NCBI GenBank assembly: GCA_963787125.1
Contig: CAWBBV010000026.1
Coordinates: 1-64,000, forward strand
Reading direction: 5' to 3'
DNA from: an uncultured delta proteobacterium
GTDB taxonomy: Bacteria > Desulfobacterota > Desulfuromonadia > Geobacterales > DSM-12255
DNA: 64,000 bases
Shown one piece after another: positions 58,530-64,000 of this stretch. Numbering within the stretch: position 1 is the stretch's first letter; every line of letters starts with the position of its first letter. Position numbers and translations under genes: made by a program. The notes under the pieces were generated by a model. That model was not told where the DNA came from. It did no database searches and saw nothing but the letters and a program-made list of their open reading frames with translations.

Positions 58530-59483
58530 ATGGCAACCGAAATCTGTAAGACCCCGACAAAGGTAGCAGGCATTACCTATTATCAGCCGCAAGACGGAGC
58601 AGTTCTTTCTGCCCGCGACGGCAAGGTTGAGCTACCATTAGGCGACTTTCCCCTCCCGCTCCTGAATGAGGACTTCTCGGATCAGGCCCCTTCATACGAC
58701 GCGGTCGGGCGCGGTCTTTATCATCTTCTGAGGGCTAATCCCGACGCAGTTTTTGCAGACCGCTATGCAGCGCTCTTCAGGGACGCTTATCCCCATCTAC
58801 TGGCAGAGTTGGCTACCCATCTGGTCATGCTTGATAAAAAAGATGTGGATCTCCCTTATCTTGATCGCAAAATTGCCTACCTGAAAATCTTCTCCCTGCT
58901 GGAACCGGAAAATCACCGTTTTCCCCTTGAGATCGGCTCTACCTTTGTCGCTAAAGGGATGACTCTGGCAGCACTTGGCAATACAACCCTGCATCTTTTT
59001 GCCGCTGAAAAGTTCCTTCGCCAAGCCTTCAACCTCTGTCCGGACGATATTCAGACAAGACATCTGTTAGGGGAAGTCTGCTATATTCTCGGTAAATATG
59101 AGGCTGCCGCAGATCTGTGGAGCACTATCAGTGACGCTGTCAGCAGTGAAGCTGCCGCTAAAATCAACAGCAGGCTGGATTTGATCGCCAGGGGAGACGC
59201 GCCGGCAATCCCGGCAATCGATTATCTCCAGGCAGTTGGTGTCGCCTTAGAGGCTTATGAAGCGCGCGATTACGAAGAAGCCGCTGCCATAATACTTGAC
59301 GTAATTGATGTCATTTCGGGAATTGAAGAGCTGCCGCTGGCCGAAATTAATTATCTGCTGGGACTCTGTTATGTCAGGCTTGACATCCCCCGCTATGCCG
59401 AACAGTACCTGCGGGCGGCGCTTCTTCTTAGCCCTGATTATGCCGAGGCTCTGCAGGAGCTGCAAAAACTTGGAGTATTATGA
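58530..59483 (+). CDS. TPR-containing hypothetical protein
   Basis: TPR-like helices (HLLGEVCYILGKYEAAADLW; YLLGLCYVRL...ALLLSPDY). Confidence 0.75.
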   Translation: MATEICKTPTKVAGITYYQPQDGAVLSARDGKVELPLGDFPLPLLNEDFSDQAPSYDAVGRGLYHLLRANPDAVFADRYAALFRDAYPHLLAELATHLVMLDKKDVDLPYLDRKIAYLKIFSLLEPENHRFPLEIGSTFVAKGMTLAALGNTTLHLFAAEKFLRQAFNLCPDDIQTRHLLGEVCYILGKYEAAADLWSTISDAVSSEAAAKINSRLDLIARGDAPAIPAIDYLQAVGVALEAYEARDYEEAAAIILDVIDVISGIEELPLAEINYLLGLCYVRLDIPRYAEQYLRAALLLSPDYAEALQELQKLGVL

Positions 59484-59581
59484 TGAGTGCTTTTAGTGGT
59501 GGAGACTGGATTTTCATTGCCGGTGTCATGGTGGTAATCGTCGTCTGTATAGCCGCCAGTGATCTCAGGTTCAAGAAATGA
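59483..59581 (+). CDS. 32-aa single-TM small protein, below the ORF-track cutoff
   Basis: GGAG RBS; MSAFSGGDWIFIAGVMVVIVVCIAASDLRFKK*; TGATG overlap upstream and ATGA overlap downstream. Confidence 0.65.
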   Translation: MSAFSGGDWIFIAGVMVVIVVCIAASDLRFKK

Positions 59582-60021
59582 TTGCTGCTGAGGACAATGA
59601 AGTCAGACGACCGCTGCCACTTAATTTTCTCACCGGCTTATACCTTTTTTTCTGTCTGCTCTCTGTCTCCACCTATGGAAGTCCTTTCCCTTTTATGGGC
59701 AGCATTTATCTGGGCAGCACAGCCAAAATTCTGGTTTTTTTCGATTCTCTCATCTGTATTTATCTGTTCATCGGCATCCTGAAGCGTCAGACCCTGACAT
59801 GGTATCTGCTGCTCGGTTATAATCTCCTTGAAATAATCAATACCCTTGTTAACCTGCTCTTCATTAAACCTAAAGAGCTAGAGAAGCTTATCGGTGCAGC
59901 AGTTGAACATGACGCTCTGATCATTAATAATATCGTCGTGGCGCTTGCCATCTTGCTGCTTTCGCAATTTATTTATCGTAACAGGAAATATTTCGATAAC
60001 AGTGACAAGTTCCTTTTTTAA
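59578..60021 (+). CDS. Hypothetical 4-TM membrane protein
   Basis: Four hydrophobic segments; coupled start. Confidence 0.7.
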   Translation: MIAAEDNEVRRPLPLNFLTGLYLFFCLLSVSTYGSPFPFMGSIYLGSTAKILVFFDSLICIYLFIGILKRQTLTWYLLLGYNLLEIINTLVNLLFIKPKELEKLIGAAVEHDALIINNIVVALAILLLSQFIYRNRKYFDNSDKFLF

Positions 60022-60034
60022 CTAAGGGGTTAAT

Positions 60035-60907
60035 GTGACTTTTTTACCTGATTTCATCAAGCTTGGCGGAGATGGCGGCATTATTGACAAAATAAAGCAT
60101 GGTCTCACCCACCCTCTGTTCGTGCATAAAAGTGATGTCGACTGTAGTGTCAACCTGTCTGATACGCGAGGGGTAGGGATCAGGATCGAAAAACTGAACA
60201 AGTTTTTCGGGGAGAAGCATGTTCTTAAGGATATAGATCTGGAAATTTTTTCCGGAGAGACCTTCTCCATCATCGGACCTTCCGGAACCGGTAAAAGTGT
60301 GCTTTTAAAGCATATCGTCAAGCTTGAAGAGCCTGACAGCGGCGAGGTTTTTATTGACGATCATCCCGTTTTCAATCCTGTAGGAACAGAGCCCCCTAAT
60401 TACAGGTACAGCATGGTTTTCCAGTCATCAGCCCTGTTTAACTCACTAACCGTCGGCGAAAACGTCGGCTTGTGGCTGAGAGAAAAGAGAATCTGCAAAG
60501 AGCCGTTTATCCGCAAGATTATCCAGGAAAAACTTGCCCTGGTCGGCCTGGAGGGGCAGGAAGGCCTGCGGACTGCCGAACTGTCCGGCGGTATGAAAAA
60601 ACGCGTTGCCATTGCCCGCTCTCTTGCCATGAACCCTGACCTGATACTGTATGACGAGCCCACAGCCGAGCTTGATCCGATCAACACGGACGAACTGGCA
60701 AACACTATTCTCAAGTTGAAGGAGCGGACCAAGAATACGACTGTGATCGTGACCCACGACCTCAATTTCGCGCTTTATATTTCCGACAGAATAGCGATGA
60801 TTTCCGGCGGGAGGATTCTGGAGGTCGGGACCCCGGCAGAGATCAAAGCGAGCCAGAATCCGACAGTAAAGGCTTTTATCTATACTACTACCAAGGGCAT
60901 AAAGTAG
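60035..60907 (+). CDS. ABC ATP-binding protein, MlaF/Ttg2A-like (start may be GTG 60122)
   Basis: GPSGTGKS, FQSSALFNSLTVGENV, ELSGGMKKRVAIAR, YDEPT and VTHD motifs. Confidence 0.9.
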   Translation: MTFLPDFIKLGGDGGIIDKIKHGLTHPLFVHKSDVDCSVNLSDTRGVGIRIEKLNKFFGEKHVLKDIDLEIFSGETFSIIGPSGTGKSVLLKHIVKLEEPDSGEVFIDDHPVFNPVGTEPPNYRYSMVFQSSALFNSLTVGENVGLWLREKRICKEPFIRKIIQEKLALVGLEGQEGLRTAELSGGMKKRVAIARSLAMNPDLILYDEPTAELDPINTDELANTILKLKERTKNTTVIVTHDLNFALYISDRIAMISGGRILEVGTPAEIKASQNPTVKAFIYTTTKGIK

Positions 60908-60920
60908 GTCTGATTTTATC

Positions 60921-61316
60921 ATGAGCAAAATTCTTATCATAGATGATGATCCGGCATTTACTACTCTCCTTGACTCTTATATTCATGAGATCTGTCCACT
61001 CCTGAAAGTAGAAATATGCAACAATCCGGTGGCGGCGCTCGCTCTCATCAGAAAAGGCGCCTGCGAGCTTATCCTGATCGATCTTGAGATGCCTGCTCTT
61101 GACGGGATGAAGGTCTACCGCTTTGCCACTGAGGCGGGTATCCCCAAAAACAGAATAGTTATCCTCTCGGCCCGGGATCCGGACTATCTGCGCGAGTTTT
61201 TCCCCATGGGGAGCTGTCTGGCGGTACTTAACAAGTTTGAAGCCAGGCAGAAAGAGGTGCTGGGGATGATTCTCAAATCCATCCAAAGTAAACTGTGTAA
61301 TATATCGGCAGGGTGA
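60921..61316 (+). CDS. Single-domain response regulator receiver
   Basis: KILIIDDD, LIDLEMPALDG, ILSA and NK motifs. Confidence 0.88.
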   Translation: MSKILIIDDDPAFTTLLDSYIHEICPLLKVEICNNPVAALALIRKGACELILIDLEMPALDGMKVYRFATEAGIPKNRIVILSARDPDYLREFFPMGSCLAVLNKFEARQKEVLGMILKSIQSKLCNISAG

Positions 61317-61320
61317 ATCC

Positions 61321-61713
61321 ATGACCAGCAAGAAAATGCATATTTCCGTATGCAAGCAGCAGCATATAAGAAACAACTGGGTAGTGGATCTGGACGGCGA
61401 CAACTTCAGCGGCTTTATTAAAGCTCTGACCGTGGAGCTGGCAGCGTTTGGCGTGATCATTGAGAGCAGCCATAACGAAGCGGTGACAGTGACCGTTGAC
61501 AGTTATGCCGATATGCTCAATGCCGTCCGGATTACCTCGGTGGCAGACGGCTTCATCAACAAGTGCATCGGTCATATCATCGGCCAGAGCCAGAATCTTA
61601 ATCTTTTTGAAGATATCCGCCGGGCTGTAAACAGGGTTGCTTTTGCGCCGGAAACGATCCAGCCTGACGATCATAACAGGAAGGTTTGTCACAACTGCGG
61701 TTGTGGATGTTGA
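61321..61713 (+). CDS. Hypothetical protein with C-terminal CHNCGCGC motif
   Basis: Operon-like spacing; ends RKVCHNCGCGC*. Confidence 0.7.
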   Translation: MTSKKMHISVCKQQHIRNNWVVDLDGDNFSGFIKALTVELAAFGVIIESSHNEAVTVTVDSYADMLNAVRITSVADGFINKCIGHIIGQSQNLNLFEDIRRAVNRVAFAPETIQPDDHNRKVCHNCGCGC

Positions 61714-61743
61714 GTAAAGGTAAAGGTAAAGGTAAAGGTAAAA
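61714..61743. repeat. Hexanucleotide microsatellite (GTAAAG)4 + GTAAAA
   Basis: Read directly; fills the gap between convergent genes. Confidence 0.9.
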
Positions 61744-61749
61744 AAGTTT

Positions 61750-62217
61750 CTAGGGGAGATGGATGATTTCGGCGGATATTGAAGTTGCGGTTACTGTCAG
61801 GATTGCATAGCTTTTGGCATCACTGGTGGCCATGAGCGTGCCGGGATTTACCAACAGGACTCCGTCCTGTTTCAGAATGAGCGGTTTATGCGTATGGCCG
61901 AAAAGAGCTACGGCCGCTTTCAGGCCGGCGGCTCTTTCGCTCAGTTTGTCAAGACCGGCTTTCACCCAGTAGATGTGACCGTGGGTAATGAAAAAAGTCC
62001 TGCCGGCGATTGATTCAAGCAGCTCGCGCGGCTCTTTGGCACTCTGATCGCAGTTCCCCGGAACCATTATAACCGGGATCGGGCAGAACGCTTCCAGTGT
62101 CTTGGCATCGGCGATGTCGTCACCAAGATGAATCAGCAGCTCAGCTCCTGAACCTTCGATAAAATCCAGTGGTGCCAGATAGTTGCCATGTGTATCAGCT
62201 ACGACTATTATTTTCAT
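61750..62217 (-). CDS. YfcE-family metallophosphoesterase
   Basis: ADTHG, HLGD, GNCD, THGH, FGHTH and NPG motifs. Confidence 0.92.
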   Translation of the reverse strand: MKIIVVADTHGNYLAPLDFIEGSGAELLIHLGDDIADAKTLEAFCPIPVIMVPGNCDQSAKEPRELLESIAGRTFFITHGHIYWVKAGLDKLSERAAGLKAAVALFGHTHKPLILKQDGVLLVNPGTLMATSDAKSYAILTVTATSISAEIIHLP

Positions 62218-62284
62218 TAGTCCCACAATAGCAGCAGTTTTACGGGTTCGTCAACTCAGAGTTTATTAAAAAACGGGTGAAAAA

Positions 62285-63178
62285 ATGAAAAACAGGTGGA
62301 TCTGGATAACGGTTGGAATCGGGGCTTTCTTTTTCTGTCTGATGATCTTCGGCCTTATAGCCGTAGCGTCGATCTTTACCGACAAGCACGAGTTGACTAT
62401 CACCTCCGGAGTCGGTCTTGTGCAGGTAAAAGGACTGATCTTTGACCCGCTTGAAACGGTCAAACAGCTCCACGATTTTGGTAAGGAAGACAAGGTCAAG
62501 GCGGTGGTATTGCGGATCGACTCTCCCGGCGGCGTTGTCGGCCCCTCCCAGGAGATCTGGGCGGCGGTGAAACGGCTCAAAGAGAAGAAGCCGGTCATTG
62601 TCTCCATGGGGAGTGTTGCCGCTTCCGGAGGGTACTACATCGCTGCTCCCGCCTCTCTTATTTATGCCAACCCGGGTACTATCACCGGCAGTATCGGCGT
62701 TCTGATGAAATTTTCGAATCTAGAGGGGCTGATGGGGAAGGTCGGCATGAAATCCTTTACTCTTAAAACCGGTAAGTACAAGGATGTCGGCTCTACGTCA
62801 CGGACCATGAGTGCTGATGAGCGCGCCATGCTGCAGGCGGTAATCGAAAATACTCACAGCCAGTTTGTCAAAGCTGTTGCCGAGGGGCGCAAGCTGCCCG
62901 AAGCGCAGGTGAGGGAGATTGCCGATGGCCGTATTTTTTCCGGGGAACAGGCGCTGGAGCACAAACTGATCGACCGGCTCGGCACCATGCAGGACGCACT
63001 GATCGAAGCCGGGCGTCTGGGCGGCCTTGCCGGGGAGCCGCAGGTGATAAATCCGCCCAAAAAGAAGCATCTTTTCCTCGATATGCTGGTTGAGGAGAGC
63101 GCCGGCAAGTTCAGCAGCATGATGCGTAAAGAAAAGGGGTTTTCGCTGAATTACGAACTTGAAGGGATGGAGGAGTAG
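62285..63178 (+). CDS. sppA: Signal peptide peptidase SppA (36K type)
   Basis: RIDSPGG, AASGGYY, TGSIGV, GKYKD and [11 protein letters not shown] motifs. Confidence 0.95.
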   Translation: MKNRWIWITVGIGAFFFCLMIFGLIAVASIFTDKHELTITSGVGLVQVKGLIFDPLETVKQLHDFGKEDKVKAVVLRIDSPGGVVGPSQEIWAAVKRLKEKKPVIVSMGSVAASGGYYIAAPASLIYANPGTITGSIGVLMKFSNLEGLMGKVGMKSFTLKTGKYKDVGSTSRTMSADERAMLQAVIENTHSQFVKAVAEGRKLPEAQVREIADGRIFSGEQALEHKLIDRLGTMQDALIEAGRLGGLAGEPQVINPPKKKHLFLDMLVEESAGKFSSMMRKEKGFSLNYELEGMEE

Positions 63179-63185
63179 GGTAGAA

Positions 63186-64000
63186 ATGCTGCGCTATCTC
63201 CTGAAAAGAACCATGATGCTGATTCCGCTCTTTCTCGGCATAACCCTCATCACTTTTGTGGTCATTCATCTGGCCCCCGGTGAGCCGGTAGAGATGCAGA
63301 CGGCCCTTAATCCCAAGGCGTCGGCAAAGTCGCGGGAGCGCTTGCGCGAGTTCTACGGCCTCGACAAGCCTTTGCCTGTCCAGTATGTGAACTGGCTGGG
63401 ACGGCTCGTCAAGCTGGATTTTGGCCGGTCTTTCGCTCCGGACGGCAGACCGGTGATTAAAAAGGTGGCCGAAAGAATTCCGGTAACTCTCTCTATAAAC
63501 ATAATTGCGCTGATCTTGGAGTTCGGCCTGGCCGTCCCCATTGGTATTCTGGCCGCGACCCACCGCAACTCTATCCTCGACAAAGGCATAACCCTCTTCG
63601 TCTTTTTAGGCTTTGCCGTGCCGACCTTCTGGCTGTCGCTGCTGATGATGTATGTTTTCGGTGTGAAACTGGGCTGGCTGCCGATTTCCGGGCTGCACTC
63701 CCTTGGCGCCGGTAAAATGAGCAGCTTTGGCTGGCTGCTTGATACGGCAAAACATCTGATCCTTCCGCTCGGAGTCGCCACCTTCGGCTCTCTGGCCGGG
63801 CTTTCCCGTTATACCCGCTCCACCATGCTCGAAGTTATCGGTCAGGACTACATCACCACCGCCCGGGCGAAAGGTCTGTCCGAACGGGTGGTTATCTACC
63901 GCCATGCGCTCAGAAACGCACTTTTGCCGATCATTACCATCCTTGGCTTTTCACTCCCCGGTCTTATCGGCGGCAGCGTCATCTTTGAAACCATCTTTGC
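63186..64000 (+). CDS. Peptide/nickel ABC transporter permease (OppB/DppB family), truncated by the window end
   Basis: MLRYLLKR...[26 protein letters not shown] and [11 protein letters not shown]...YRHALRNA motifs. Absent from the ORF track because it has no stop in the window. Confidence 0.93.
   Translation, partial: MLRYLLKRTMMLIPLFLGITLITFVVIHLAPGEPVEMQTALNPKASAKSRERLREFYGLDKPLPVQYVNWLGRLVKLDFGRSFAPDGRPVIKKVAERIPVTLSINIIALILEFGLAVPIGILAATHRNSILDKGITLFVFLGFAVPTFWLSLLMMYVFGVKLGWLPISGLHSLGAGKMSSFGWLLDTAKHLILPLGVATFGSLAGLSRYTRSTMLEVIGQDYITTARAKGLSERVVIYRHALRNALLPIITILGFSLPGLIGGSVIFETIF

Noticed and set aside
1..64000. CRISPR array, prophage, rRNA, riboswitch, retron/DGR or defence system
   Set aside because: I saw no repeat-spacer arrays and no phage, cas, reverse transcriptase or defence genes. 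Intergenic regions are short. A structured ncRNA cannot be excluded without an Rfam/Infernal scan.

Overview
Chromosomal window from a Geobacteraceae/Geobacterales-type deltaproteobacterium. Supporting markers are the eukaryote-like citrate synthase, the short PilA-N plus PilA-C pilin pair and xap-like genes. The first ~341 nt are foreign: a frameshifted FliA/WhiG sigma-28 fragment of Planctomycetes type, joined to a truncated metalloprotease gene, most likely an assembly or read chimera. Core blocks follow in this order: ffh-rpsP-khpA-rimM-trmD-SPOUT-rplS-rnhB; an M24 peptidase; gltA; a minus-strand envelope operon (U32, LpxL-like, DAG kinase, LTA-synthase-like, arnT/arnB/arnC and split arnA, with no arnD/E/F); dnaB-fabMG; ppdK; sulP; tRNA-Leu(CAA). 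From ~30.0 to ~55.0 kb lies a visibly AT-richer pilin locus. It contains a divergent GT-C membrane glycosyltransferase, sigma54-driven pilA-N/pilA-C, an xap/pilGHI-like ABC module, a TMTC-like GT-C/TPR protein, a polyprenyl-phosphate phosphoribosyltransferase, a Wzx flippase (no Wzy, Wzz or Wzm/Wzt seen), about 5 soluble glycosyltransferases and about 9 putative methyltransferases including a B12 radical SAM enzyme. One FkbM gene is split by an intact IS with 16-bp inverted repeats and a 6-bp target duplication. The window ends with a radical SAM gene broken by a 14-bp duplication, rbgA, an AcuC/HDAC gene, a TPR/small-protein/ABC/receiver cluster, a YfcE-type phosphoesterase, sppA and a partial oppB-like gene. 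The best candidate for an undescribed system is a pilus-linked protein glycosylation pathway with two GT-C enzymes and heavy glycan methylation. All family calls are by motif recognition only; no searches were run.
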